Assembly (NCBI RefSeq): GCF_002113885.1
Contig: NW_018404300.1
Coordinates: 330,652-394,651 of the forward strand
Length of the DNA stretch: 64,000 nucleotides
Source of the DNA: Mizuhopecten yessoensis
Lineage: Eukaryota
Direction of reading: 5' to 3'
The translations under genes and the position numbers were made by a program. The notes beneath the pieces were generated by a model that ran no database searches, had not been told where the DNA came from, and saw only the letters and a program-made list of their open reading frames with translations. Positions 39,960-52,308 of the stretch are shown here, in pieces (within the stretch, counting starts at the first letter, position 1; each line of letters opens with the position of its first letter).

Positions 39960-41200
39960 AAGATGGCCTTTATAGACAGGTATTTGCAACATATGGTTGG
40001 TCATATAGACAGGCATTCTATACAAAGGGGTGTCCTTTACAGACGTATTTATTTATACAGGGGTGGTCTTTATAGACAGATATTAACTACACCGGGTGGC
40101 CTTTATAGACAGGTATTTTCTATGCAGGGGACCTCATTATTAGCAGATATTTTCTATACAGTGGTGGCTTTTATAGACATTGTTTTATACAGGGTTGGCC
40201 TTTGTTTGCAGGTTTTGCTATACAGGGGTGGTATTTATAGACAGTTTTTAGCTCACCTGGTCCGAAGGACCATGGTGAGCTTATGCCATACAGCAGCATC
40301 CGTCGTCCCATCAACTTTTCCTTTAAAACACTATTAGTAATGAATGACTGAGCAGATTTTGACCAAATGTGGTCAGAAGCATCCTTGGGGGAAGGGGAAC
40401 AAATTTATTTAAAATCCTTCTTCTGTAGGAATGAAAGGATTTGGTCCATATCTGGTGTGGAGCATCCTTGGGTAAAGGGGAACCAATTTTGTATAAACCG
40501 TGGGTCTGGCCCCCCAGGGGCCTGAAGGGCAGGGCCTAATAGGGGAAACATAGCAAATTCTTCAATGGAAGGATTTTGTCAAAATTTGGTATGAAGCACC
40601 CTTGGGTGAAGGGGAACCAATCTTGTATAAATGGTGTGTCTGATCCCCCTAGAGACAGGGCCCAATAGGGGAAATAGAGGTAAATCTTTTAAAATCTTTC
40701 TTCTACCATAGGGATTAAGGGATTGTATCCTAATTTAGTCCGAAACATCCTCGGGTCAGGGGGGCTCAATTTTGTATAATTGGTGGGTATGACCCCCTTA
40801 GGGCATAGGGGTGGGGCTCTGTTTAAAGTTTGTCTTGCTATATTTCAAGTACGGAATACAAGTATGGATCTTTCTGAAATTTCATATGTACTTACAGCAC
40901 CTACCATGGAGTGCTATATCTTTACTTCATACCAATTATTTTAAACATATTCAGGTGAGCGATACAGGCTCTCTGGCCCTCTTGTTTTGGTATATAATGG
41001 TGGTCTTTATATGCAGGTTTTCTATACCTTATACATGCTTATCATGTATAAGCAGGTATTTTTTTGTATGTAGATGGCCTTTATAGACAGGTTTTTGTAT
41101 ATATTGGTGGTCTTTATATGCTGGTTTTCTTTACAGGGGTATCCTATATAGGCAGGTATTTTCTGTACAGTGGTGGCCTTTATAGACAGGTTTTTACTAT
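39960..41200. repeat. Degenerate ~33-35-bp satellite (ggtggcctttatagacagg), interrupted by a HINE
   Basis: Motif recurs at 39963-40244 and resumes at 40998-41199. Confidence 0.75.
40245..40986 (+). mobile_element. HINE/Helentron-like element
   Basis: tttttagctcacctgg...caggtgagcgatacaggctctctggccctcttgtt; internal aaggggaac repeats; inserted in a T-run. Confidence 0.8.
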
Positions 41201-41407
41201 AGAGGTCACAATTGAGTGTTTTGGATGTACATGCAGATATATAGAGAATCTGAATAACAGAATAATCATCTAAACTTGAGGTAAAGGTATCAAAAGAAAA
41301 CTCAATAGAGGTTCTTTCTCCTGTTATTTTTATTTCTCTGTTCACAAGAAAATTTCAATCATCAACATTCATGAAGTTTCACAATATAAATATAATATAA
41401 TACAAGC

Positions 41408-42967
41408 CTACTGTTGCTTCTTTTGACTGTCACCTTTGAAGAAACACAAACAAATTGTTAATATGAGAGAACCACAAGCAAGCACTGCCACCAAGCCTAT
41501 CAACATGTAATACTCCATCAAAGACTGACCAAGAGTGATGACATCCACACAGTTATGGTCTAAGGACGTAACCTGTACACTTTTCAGACAAACAAGATAT
41601 GCTGTGTCCGGGTGTAAATCATGTATAGTGTAAACACCGACATTACCAGTGACTGACATCTCCCTCCAAACATTCTGCCCACCAAATGTTCGGTATGCTA
41701 AAACCATCTCCCTTGATTTAGAATTAACTTCTCCTTGCGGTGGTATCCAGCCTACTTTGATATATGTCTGTCCTACAAAACTTACATGCAGTTCAGGAGA
41801 CCATGAATGATCTTTCTCTGGTGTCTTATCATCCTTTACCGGTTTCCTTATATCGGAACATACAAACTGATCCGAGTCAAGCATGTCCCATGATTTTCCA
41901 GCTAGGTGAACGGGTGTTGCACAAACTGGGATGTATTTTTCCAAATTTACATCAATGTATTTCAGTAAGTATAGACGTAAATCATACAAGTCTTTTACCC
42001 ATTGTAGGTGGCAGTCACAGTGAAATGGATTACCCCCTAACAGAAACACATCATGAGGGTAAAGCTCATTCTCATCAACTTCCTCACTCAAATGTGTAAT
42101 ATTGTTGAATGACATGTCCAACCATTCAAGTGTTGGTAAATAGCTCGGCAGATTTACAAAGCTATTAAATGCTAACGACAAATATCGCAGATTATGCAAA
42201 TTTTTAAGACTTCTTTGATTAAATCCTGAAATAGAATTATTGCTTAAATCTAGAACTTCAACTACGTTCAATTCCTTTACAAAAGACACATTTGATACTC
42301 TGTTGTTTGAAAGAGATATGTGTTTCAGTTTTGGAAATCTTTTGAAAGTATTATCATCTATATTTCTAATCCGATTCCCAGAAAGGTCTAAAATTTCAAG
42401 ATTTAAAAATTCAAAAGTGGTGTTTGACCTTTTTCTTTGCTCACAATGAAGACCCCCATTGCTGAGATCAATGTAATTATCCCTTAAATAAAGTTCTCGC
42501 AAATGACTTCCACTCAGATGACATAGACTTGTAATCATATTAATGCTTAGATGTAATACTACTAATTTTTCAGGAAGAAAATTTGGAATTTCTGTCAATT
42601 TGTTTTGTTTGAAATACAAGTATTCCAAATTAGAAAATGCTTTCAAGAAAGTTGAATGAAGATCAACAACAGCATTGTTACTTAAATCCAATATTGTGAC
42701 ATTTATAAATAAAACATTTTCTCCTTCAAGTCTGTTTAAGTGTGTAATCCAGTTCCCACTAATGTTTAGCTTTGTTGCAATGAGTGGTATTGATTCGGGG
42801 AAAGTTGTGAGTTCTCGGTTTGTACAGTCCACACTGAAGACTCCAGAAGCATCTATTCCACACCGACATGAACTAGGACAGTCTACTGATGATGCCTGTT
42901 GAATTGTCAACCCTGTCAGAGTAATCAACGCAATTAGCCACCATCCATCACAGGGTTTCTTTTTCAT
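41408..42967 (-). CDS. LRR and fibronectin type III domain type I transmembrane protein (519 aa)
   Basis: Signal peptide, LRRNT (CPSSCRC..VDC), about 9 LxxLxLxxN repeats, LRRCT (NPFHCDC..C), FN3-like (VGW..YTIHDLHPDTAYLVCL), TM helix, 9-aa tail; acceptor ttcag directly before the ATG; AATAAA at 41329-41334. Confidence 0.93.
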   Translation of the reverse strand: MKKKPCDGWWLIALITLTGLTIQQASSVDCPSSCRCGIDASGVFSVDCTNRELTTFPESIPLIATKLNISGNWITHLNRLEGENVLFINVTILDLSNNAVVDLHSTFLKAFSNLEYLYFKQNKLTEIPNFLPEKLVVLHLSINMITSLCHLSGSHLRELYLRDNYIDLSNGGLHCEQRKRSNTTFEFLNLEILDLSGNRIRNIDDNTFKRFPKLKHISLSNNRVSNVSFVKELNVVEVLDLSNNSISGFNQRSLKNLHNLRYLSLAFNSFVNLPSYLPTLEWLDMSFNNITHLSEEVDENELYPHDVFLLGGNPFHCDCHLQWVKDLYDLRLYLLKYIDVNLEKYIPVCATPVHLAGKSWDMLDSDQFVCSDIRKPVKDDKTPEKDHSWSPELHVSFVGQTYIKVGWIPPQGEVNSKSREMVLAYRTFGGQNVWREMSVTGNVGVYTIHDLHPDTAYLVCLKSVQVTSLDHNCVDVITLGQSLMEYYMLIGLVAVLACGSLILTICLCFFKGDSQKKQQ

Positions 42968-44059
42968 CTGAATAGAATAGAAACGATTGATTATATCCTT
43001 TATTAACTGTTTGGAGGAATTCCTGTTAAATTTGCAAATATCAATCTTGGTGATATGAGAGTGCTGTTTTATTTTTTCAATTGAATGAAGAAGGTAAATG
43101 TAATTTTCAACATAGGTTGTCTTACAACTTTTTGCTTAATATGACGAACACCATCAATGCAAAGTAGAGTAACTGCAAGTATAAAGACTATAGATGCTCA
43201 CGGAAATGTAATTTCTCGTCTAATTGAATATATTTTTTGATTAACTTACCATTTAACAGTTTATAGTGGGTTAATTGAATTAACAGATTAAACTGGGATA
43301 TCTGTATATATTTCAAGCATGAGGCTTGCCTATTATATCATGAAGGCAGGTCTAATGGTTCACAAGATATAAATGAAAACGTTGATGAACAATGCCATAA
43401 ATTACGTTCACAAGCACTTCAAAAGTAACAATTAAATCCATTAAAAAATCTCAACATCATAACGGGACAGGAATCTTTCTAACGTTTAAAAACTTTACAA
43501 AGGACAAACCCTTTTGCTGGTAAAAATAATAAACAATAACTGAGGGATAGGCTCCAGTTTATCGCTGACAGCATGTTGATATCAAACACGTGCTTTATAT
43601 AAACAATAAACAACAAACCACGTGGTAGAATTATTTTGGGAGTTCAATCATCCGGGCATTTCAATTCGACACAAAAGGGGTTTTGTGACGTCTGTAAAAG
43701 GAGAATTAATGTTACTGTATCGAATCTGAGTGTATATGATTTTTTTTCAACTAAACCTTGCATTTACAAGATGATTGATGAATCATCCTACCTTTCTAGA
43801 GCCCAGTGTAGTCTGTCAACAATACATGTAGGACATCAGATTGGAAAGGGATATTTTGGGAGAAATTATATTTTCAATTTCAGTAAATGAAATTACAGTA
43901 AAATGGCCATTTCAATTATTGTAGTGTATTTTTGATCTGTTTTAATAATAAAATTGTTCTCTCAAACAAAATTTCAGATTTATTAGACAAAATCAATATT
44001 TTCAATGATATTGTATTCTAATGAATAAAAATACCAATGATTACTCCCTCATATCCCCT

Positions 44060-44250
44060 TGGCTGGCCAATGAAATCGTTAATGGCGAGAAAGTCACGTG
44101 ACAAGTTATCGTGGCGTGCTAGCTGCTTCGAAAGGCAGCACTCTGCGGTGCGTCTTTGTCGGAAGCGGACGTTGTGATGGCCGTACGACCGTTAGTACGA
44201 GTCGTTTGTCAACGAAAACATCTCGAATGATTCCTTGTTAACCATTCTTG
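44060..44250. promoter_or_regulatory. INTS6 core promoter / 5'UTR, head-to-head with the LRR gene
   Basis: CCAAT (44067), aatggcg, GTCACGTGAC (44093-44102), CGGAAG; CpG-rich relative to flanks. Confidence 0.6.
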
Positions 44251-44253
44251 AAA

Positions 44254-44364
44254 ATGACGATAATTCTCTTTCTAGTCGACACGAGTGCGTCGATGAATCA
44301 GCGTACATATTTGGGGACATCTTTGATTGACATTTCGAAAGCTTCCGTAGAGTCTTTCATGAAG
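44254..44364 (+). CDS. INTS6: Integrator complex subunit 6, exon 1 (vWA start)
   Basis: MTIILFLVDTSASMNQRTYLGTSLIDISKASVESFMK|gtaaat. Confidence 0.96.
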
Positions 44365-44461
44365 GTAAATTGCGCAGATAAGGTCGGTTTTGTTTTCATT
44401 TATCTATTTAGATGCAACAATCGCGCATACTTTATTTTAATTGCCGCAATTTTTTGTTTAG

Positions 44462-44539
44462 ATCAGGTCTAGAGATGCGAACAGCAGATGGGATAGATAC
44501 ATGCTGCTGACGTTAGAGGACCCGCCGTCTAATATAAAG
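44462..44539 (+). CDS. INTS6: INTS6 exon 2
   Basis: IRSRDANSRWDRYMLLTLEDPPSNIK; phase 0/0. Confidence 0.95.
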
Positions 44540-46252
44540 GTAAATGGAAGATAATCCGGTGTATGGTACCAACGGTTCGTGTCGTTTAGGTGGAGCGAAC
44601 TTCAACAAAACGAGGTGCCGTTGATAGAATCGCCCTAACTTTAGTTTCGCTGAATAAAACAAGAGGTTTGAAGAGCTGTACACTTCCTTCCATACACCGC
44701 CATTTTCTCCTTGATCTGAGGTTTATGTTGCATTGTGGGTAAATACCAGGCAACCTGGAGCTAATTTACATAAATAATGGGGGAACGTGAAGGGTAATCC
44801 AGAGCAGGAATATGAATGAAGGGTGTTGAGTGGTAAATAATGATATTTTAATCAGATTAATTCTAACATTTCATTCACATTAGAACTTCCATGCAGCAAA
44901 GAAAATTGTTTACTATCAAATGGAAATTAATAGAATGATATTGTGGATTATTATGTAATGATAAAATGCAATTGCAAAATGCATTTGACAAAATAATTAG
45001 CAGGGATGAAAGGGGATTAAAATGATAATTCTGATCACGATTCAACCAAGTTATTAAAAAATGTGACAACACCTCAACTAATTATTGTTTTATTATTTAT
45101 TGTAAGTCATACTTGCTATATACACTTTCGATTTCTGTACAGTGTACTTAAAAAGATATATTTGCTTTGGGCAAAACATTGAAATATCAAGCGATGGACA
45201 ATAACTCGCCACTATTTTGCCTTTTGAATCGGTCAATCTTTAGGTCACAGTTTAATTAAATACTTTCTCATATATATATATATATATGCAGTTTCACTGT
45301 TTGATCAGGAATTTTGTGAAAGGTATTGCCAATCAATTTGAATAATGAATAGTGTGAAGTATTTATCAAAGGATGGTTATTGTTTTTTCTGCTCGTGAGT
45401 GAAGTTAACGTTTTTATAATAGTGCAATTATTTATCATCTAAAGCTACCCTGACATACAAGAGAAACTCTGTCATATATTAAGAAATGTTAAATTTTACC
45501 TCAATTCTATATATATATAAAACAATTAACATCCTCATCAAATAAAACCTGAGACATATTTCCTAATCGTCTTAACTGATGATACTGACATCTATCTGTT
45601 AGTCATTAAATTTTAGTTAAAAATGCTAAAACAGAGGGAGAGTAGGTCCCAAGATCAGGAAATGAACTTAAGTCTAAACTTGTCTGAAGTTTTGACTTTG
45701 TCAATCACAAATAAGGTAGTGAAAAGTGACGTCATATGTGATTATAGCCAAACAAAAACTTAAGTCTTAGATTGTTTCCTGATCCGGGGGCCAGATCACT
45801 GCATAATAAATCAATAACTACTATAACTACAACTATACCGATAGTTACTCGGTGATAAATCTTCATGCAAGTCCTGGGTTCTGTACCCATAGAATTTTGA
45901 TTTGACCGACAGAATTTCTGAAAATACTGAAATTTAACATGGTGGGACCCATATCGATCTTTTAACCATACAGTGGAAAAAGACCCCTACAAACTAATAG
46001 TAGATTTATCACTGGACTACAAAATAGGATATATTCTAATAAAGCCGACAGTTTCCATAATAATACCTGATCCTTTTCAAATTATTGACGAATTCCATGA
46101 CCAAGAGATTTATACTATGGGTTCTAAAAATGTGGATGGGTCTCGCAAGATGGCATCATGAGTCCTGGACTCTTTATAATTTAAAATGAGACATGGAAAT
46201 GTCCGTGTTTTTCAGTTATTTTGCTACTTTATGGTTGTCCTAGGTCATAACA

Positions 46253-47574
46253 TTTTTAGGTCACCTGAGCATATTCTAATCGCTTTCCGTCCGTCGTGCC
46301 GAAACTTTTTACATTTTCAACTTCTTCTCAAGAACCAGTGGATGGATTTTTTTTCAAACTTGGTCAGAATCATCCTTTTTGGATGAGGCTACAAAATTGT
46401 AAAATTGGGATTCCCACCCCAACCCCTGGGGCCAGGGCGGGGCCCCAAAGGGAAAATTAACCAATATTTCAAAAATCTTCTTCTCCAGACTCGGACACTC
46501 ATTTTCTCTGCATGGAAAGAAAGATCATCAGGGGCTTTACTTAAATTGTAAATTTCAGGACACCCGAGCTATCCGTTCTCCCTTGGGGAGGGGGGAAAGT
46601 TTACTATAGTTTATATAGGGAAATAACACTTTTGGGTATATTTTGACAACCTTTTGTAGGAAATTAATTTTACTTGGTGAAAATTATCCTTCGAGGTAGA
46701 TGGTTTCAAATTGTAAAATTGAGATTCCTACCCCGACCCCTGGGGCCAGGGCGGGGCCCCAAAGGGAAAATTAATCAATATTTCAAAAATCTTCTTCTCC
46801 AGACTCAGAGGTACTACAGTGATTTTCTCTACGTGGAAAGAAAGATCATCAGGGGCTTTACTTAAATTGTAAATTTCAGGACCCCCGAGCTATCCGTTCT
46901 CCCTTGGGGAGGGGGTAAAGTTTACTATAGTTTATATAGGGAAATAACACTTTTGGGTATATTTTGACAACTTTCTGTAGGAAATTATTTTTACTTGGTG
47001 AGAATTATCCTTTGAGGAAGATGGTTTCAAATTGTAAAATTGAGATTCCTACCCCAACCCCTGGGGCCAGGGCGGGGCCCCAAAGGGAAAATTAACCAAT
47101 ATTTCCAAATTTTTCTCCTCCAGACTCAGAGGTACTACATTCATTTTCTCTGCATGGAAAGAAAATCATCAGGGGCTTTATTTAAATCGTAAATTTCAGA
47201 ACCCCCGAGCTATCCATTCTCCCTTGGGGAGGGAGTAAAGTTAACTACAGTTTATATAGGGAAATAACACTTTCGGGTATACATTTTATCCATTTTCAGC
47301 AGAAAATTACTCAAACTTAGTCAGAATCATCTTTGGTGAATGAGAGTATTACTTAGTAAAATTGGGATTCCTGCCCCATCCCCAGGGGCTAGGGCGGGGA
47401 CCCCCAGGGAACATTTACCAATATTTTCAAATTCTTTTCCTTTGATGACATGAGAAGTATTGTATTTCACTTAGTTTACATGCTGATTTCCACATCACAT
47501 CTAAACAATAAAATAAAGCTACCAGTACCTATGATATAACTCAGGTGACCGCTAAGGCCCTTGGGCCTCTTGTT
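46253..47574 (+). mobile_element. HINE/Helentron-like element with ~320-bp internal tandem repeats
   Basis: tttttaggtcacctgag...ctcaggtgaccgctaaggcccttgggcctcttgtt; ggggccagggcggggcccc-type unit about 4 times. Confidence 0.85.
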
Positions 47575-47823
47575 GGAATTTTTCAGCCGATGCATTTAAA
47601 GTCAGGAGATCTAATTTGTATTGGAACATAGTCATTTAATGGGAAAAAAACCCCACATTTACATGCCTATCCAGAGATTCCTGGGAGCAGTTTTGTGCTT
47701 AAATAGTAATTGATATATTTATTTTGAAAGAAAAACATCTTAAACAAACAACAAGATTCATAAATTGAATTTCAAATAACCCGACTCTGTTGTGTTTTTG
47801 CTATAAAACCTTTTCTGTTCTAG

Positions 47824-47973
47824 GCGGGATGGAAAGAAAGTCATGCAACATTTATTAATGAGCTGAAGAATCTCACTGCCATAGGTCTTTCATCACTTGG
47901 CCCCTCTCTGAAGCATGCCTTTGATCTACTCAACATCAACCGCATGCAAAGCGGCATTGATACATATGGTCAG
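47824..47973 (+). CDS. INTS6: INTS6 exon 3
   Basis: AGWKESHATFINELKNL...NINRMQSGIDTYGQ. Confidence 0.96.
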
Positions 47974-48603
47974 GTAAGCATAGTCACATGACCCATGATA
48001 ATGATCTTTTGATCAAGGGCCAATATGATACGTTGTCTTGGACAATTTGCACCCAAATGTAATCAGTGAATCAATTCAATGTCTGTAAACTGGTTCGATC
48101 ATCTTAAAACTCCTAACCTGTTAAAGATCTGTTGCATTACTAACCATAAAAATACACAAACCAATTAATATACAACTTATATTATAAAGTGCTGTATCTG
48201 AAAAGTGAAATTATTATAATGATGAGTTCATCTGATGGGCCAATCATTTCAGATCAGATGATCTGTGTCTAGGAGGTAGTGGTATGCTGATGATCAAAAA
48301 CATCAATTTTATCATGTTTGACATGGGGCGGATAGGATCAATGCTGATTAAGGATCAGTTTTCTATTTTTTTTTGCGACGAATCAAAGTTCAAAACTACA
48401 TGTCACTGTTGTGTATAATAATCTTGAGTAGAAGTATCAAAGTGAAGCAAAGTAATTGTAGGAAAACTTCAAGATTTTTAGACTATAGCAATATTATTGC
48501 TGGGTCAGTAACATGTGTTTATAATGGCTAAAGTTACATTTTTAACTTACCCAGTATTTACCAGAATACCAGGTGAATTATTTAATTTGTGTGTTTATTA
48601 TAG

Positions 48604-48693
48604 GGACGCTGTCCATTTTACCTGGAGCCAGCGGTCATCATTGTGATAACAGATGGTGGTAAATTGACCACCACAAATGGGGTGCAGCCTGAG
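48604..48693 (+). CDS. INTS6: INTS6 exon 4
   Basis: GRCPFYLEPAVIIVITDGGKLTTTNGVQPE. Confidence 0.96.
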
Positions 48694-48995
48694 GTAATTA
48701 AAAGGACAGAGTGAAACACAAATATTGTGTACAAGCCTCATTAGTTGACCAACATATATAAATGGTCTTTTTTATTGTTGGTACTTTATGAATGATAAAA
48801 GATGTAAATACCTTAAATCTGTAAATTTCCTTTAAATATTTAGATGAAAATGCATTTGCAAGCTCCAATTGGCTCCAACTTCTGGAGGAATACCGATTTT
48901 GAACTGTTTAGGGTAAATGATTCTTGTCTTTTCAAAATAAACATGAATTTATTAAATAATTTGATATTTTTATTTATTTTTATTTCAATTATCAG

Positions 48996-49182
48996 CTCAA
49001 TCTTCCAATGCTGTCTACTGTTCCTGGGTCGGAGCTGACAAAAGAACCTTTCCGATGGGACCAGCGTATCTTTGGTTTGGTGCTAAAGATTCCGGGAAGT
49101 GTTCCAATGGACATGACAGGAAATATGTACATCCCCTCTGCAGACAGTCATCCCCTAGATGCGATGTGTGAGGTTACAGGAG
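48996..49182 (+). CDS. INTS6: INTS6 exon 5
   Basis: LNLPMLSTVPGSELTKEPFRWDQRIF...MCEVTG; phase 0/1. Confidence 0.96.
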
Positions 49183-49383
49183 GTGAGATTTGATAGGTCT
49201 ATTTAAACGGCCTATCAACATTAGACACAACGTCAACACTAGGGAATCGGTTAACATTGATTTCATGATTGGTTGTTTAATATCAGTGACAACTGCTTAA
49301 GTTTCAATTTTCAATCTGTTGGTAAATATGTCAAACACGAAGAATTAAAGATGTTAATCGTTTCTATTGTTCAGTCGTCATTA

Positions 49384-50463
49384 GGCCAAGTAAAAATATA
49401 CCTGTGTTTCCTGTGTCCGACCGACCCTGTTTTTTCATGCTGACCTTAATACATTTTATTGGTTTTTCCGGTCACTGTTATATGCATTTATAAGCCGTTT
49501 ATTTTATTTGAAGATAGTAGCTAATATAAGTAGCCGTAGATAATTGTTGTTATGATATAGGTTGGGATCTGTAGATTAGTGTGACCATCTGTAGTCTAGG
49601 AGGGGGAGTCCAGTCTGTGATGTCAGTGTAAGCTGATACTGAACCCCCCCCCCCCCCCAGTCAAATCAAACAGGATAAATGTAAATTTTGTTAAATGTAC
49701 TGATATGGATATAGAGGCCTGTAGTCTGTGTCCATAATGCATCGTATTAAATAAAGTCATGGCGATTTGAACCTAGTCGTTTAGGGGTCTCATCAACAAT
49801 TTAAATGTAGCAGGATTTTGCTAAGGGACAGATAGTAAGGAAGTTAAGCTTGGGAGTCAAAGGAGGAGAAGAGAGAGTTGGGTTGGGGAGTTGAGTTAAA
49901 GAGTCCTGGGGAAGGAGGTTGAGCTAGGGAGACAAGAGTCGAGAGATATAAAGGAGAGCTAGAAAATTAGAGTTCAAGTGAGAATTAGGAAGTTATTAAT
50001 AATAGTAGTTTTAGTTGAAGTTTATAAATCTGTGTAATTTTACAGTTTATAGTTGGACATAAGTTTGGAGTGGATAGATTGAGTTCAGAATAGAGAAGTC
50101 TTGTATATTTTATGACAGATTAAAAAGAAATTGTGTTGTAAATAGTGCAAATACAAATGTACTTTTTTGTTGTCCAATTAATTTGAACTGGTGGCAGTGG
50201 AAATTGAGAACAGAAACCATCAGTAATACAAAAGAGAATGTAACACTGGTGACCATCAGTGGAGTTTGGATTACTAAAAACTAGTGTCCAGCAGTAGGGG
50301 AAATACATATTTTTAACATTCACAGAGGTAATAGGGAGATTTCCTTCACCAGAAAACAAAATAAAATAAAAAGATAAAATAAAATGTTTTTCTACCTACC
50401 TACCATATTTTGTTTGGAGCCGAAACAGGAAACTTTCACACATAAATACATTTTTATTTGACC
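49384..50463. mobile_element. Non-autonomous TIR DNA transposon (Zator- or PIF/Harbinger-like)
   Basis: tta|GGCCAAGTAAAAAT ... ATTTTTATTTGACC|tta; 3-bp TTA TSD, GG termini. Confidence 0.6.
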
Positions 50464-51110
50464 TTATCAATGATATATAAAACCTTAGTTTATTCTTATG
50501 GTCTGTTTTAATCAAATCTGCACATGCTTCCTGTGCTTTCAAAATCTTACATGATGTGCATTATGACAAGATGTGTGAAAGTTTGCCAATAAATGTAATT
50601 TATTCTTTTGCAAGTTCAAAATAGTTGTTTCACTGGTATTGGCTCTAATAGGTTAAAAATTAAAAAAAATGTGTTTCCCAATACATATTTAAAACAGATT
50701 TTAGATGTTAATTTTGTAGGAAAATTGTCTTTGTCAGACCCTGTAGACAATTAATTTAGACAGTTGAAGCTCTCATTTGTAAACATTTTAGACAGTCATT
50801 TTAGACACGTTCATGTTGTGTTACCCCTAACGCTACCTACCCTAGATTTCTGTGCCTACCCTTAGTTTTTATTGGCATTTAGTGATGGGCACTATTCAAA
50901 TCAGAGCTTGTCGGCGTCGTAATAAAAGCTTTACAGAGCTATGTTTGTTGTTGATAATTGTACAAGACATTAAATAAAGCATAAGCATAGTAAAATATTT
51001 TGCAAAATAAAAAAATGTGCATCCTACCTACCCTATATTTTCTGAGGATGATGAAGAACATACAAGTAATTCTTTTGAACAGTTTTTGTGATTATAATTG
51101 TTATGTTTAG

Positions 51111-51242
51111 GACGGTCGTATGCTGTGTTCACTCAGAAGATGTTGAATGCAACGCTAGACAGTCTAGTACAGAAGGTCCAGAGCGGGGTGGTTATCAACT
51201 TTGAGAAAATTGGACCTGAACCTACACCAGTACTTATTGAAG
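51111..51242 (+). CDS. INTS6: INTS6 exon 6
   Basis: RSYAVFTQKMLNATLDSLVQKVQSGVVINFEKIGPEP; phase 1/1. Confidence 0.96.
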
Positions 51243-51252
51243 GTTAGTACTT

Positions 51253-51730
51253 CATGGGCGAATTGGTCGAGTTGTTAACACTCCGGCCTTCCACGCAGGC
51301 GACTGGGGTCCGATCCTCGAAGTCGTTGTATGCATGGATAATCAGAGAAAGTGTTTTCTCCTGCCCAAACAACTCTAACAACCCAGGTGGAGTATAAATT
51401 GGTCTAGGTGGATATTGCAGTATCTGTGCTGTAACATTCAAGTGAGGTGGCGCTTTAAATGATGCCGTTGGAAGCAGGGTCCCATTACAAACAGAACACA
51501 TTACATCCAGGACGCACGCAGGCATACCCACATAGGGAGATATTTACCAGGTGGCATAGGCCTAGTAGTTAGCGCCTGATAGGCAACTCTTGAGAATTTC
51601 CATTGATTTATGTGTATGCTAATTGTAATATTAATTGTATATCTATGTACTGTAAAGTGCTTTAGAGTGGCTTATATGTTAGCTAGATAGGGCACTATAT
51701 CAAATGTTGTATATTATTATTATTACTACA
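51253..51730 (+). mobile_element. Full-length tRNA-derived SINE with 9-bp TSD
   Basis: A-box-like TGGTCGAGTTG, B-box-like GGTCCGATCC, L2-like 3' tail (tgtaaagtgcttt..gcactatat), (TAT)n end, TSD ttagtactt at 51244 and 51731. Confidence 0.85.
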
Positions 51731-51904
51731 TTAGTACTTATATTTCTTAACATTTTTCAAAGTTTAATATCACTGTTTTATTAGTTTTTAGTTGAGTCTG
51801 GAGTTGAACTTTATGTATCATTCAGCAATATTGAAATGGCCCTGGCTGATTGTTTATATTTTATGTTCTTAATAAGAAAAACCTATTGTTTATTTTCTAT
51901 GCAG

Positions 51905-51943
51905 GAAAAATGGAAAATGTTGACAACAATGGAAACTCGAAAG
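51905..51943 (+). CDS. INTS6: INTS6 39-nt exon 7
   Basis: ttctatgcag|GAAAAATG...AAAG|gtaggt; phase 1/1, open frame KMENVDNNGNSK. Confidence 0.65.
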
Positions 51944-52308
51944 GTAGGTGTTCAACCTTAGTCCTAGTGTAACAACATTTCGCATATGGCTTGCTGGTTT
52001 GAAGTGCTGTCAAATTTGTTGAAATGAATGAACTTTTGGCCATGGTCACATAAGGTCACATGGATGAAACATTTCAAATTGTTAAGAGCTTTGCAAAATA
52101 ACCTTGATGCATAGAGGAATATTTCTCCTGTTACTTGTCTGGATGGAATGATTTGACCAATTGTTTTCTTTAGTAATAATTTTGGTGAGTCCAATTTTAG
52201 CACCAAATAGTATTTTGATCAAGAGAATCAAGTTATATTGATGACATGCAAAATTCCAATGTAAGATATGAGAAAGACAAAAATATTGTCATCATTATGT
52301 ATATACAG

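Noticed and set aside
39882-40337. 151-aa ORF
   Set aside because: Runs through a degenerate satellite into a HINE; no domain content.
51256-51325. tRNA-Gly gene
   Set aside because: No proper acceptor stem or terminator; it continues into a SINE body and tail with a TSD.
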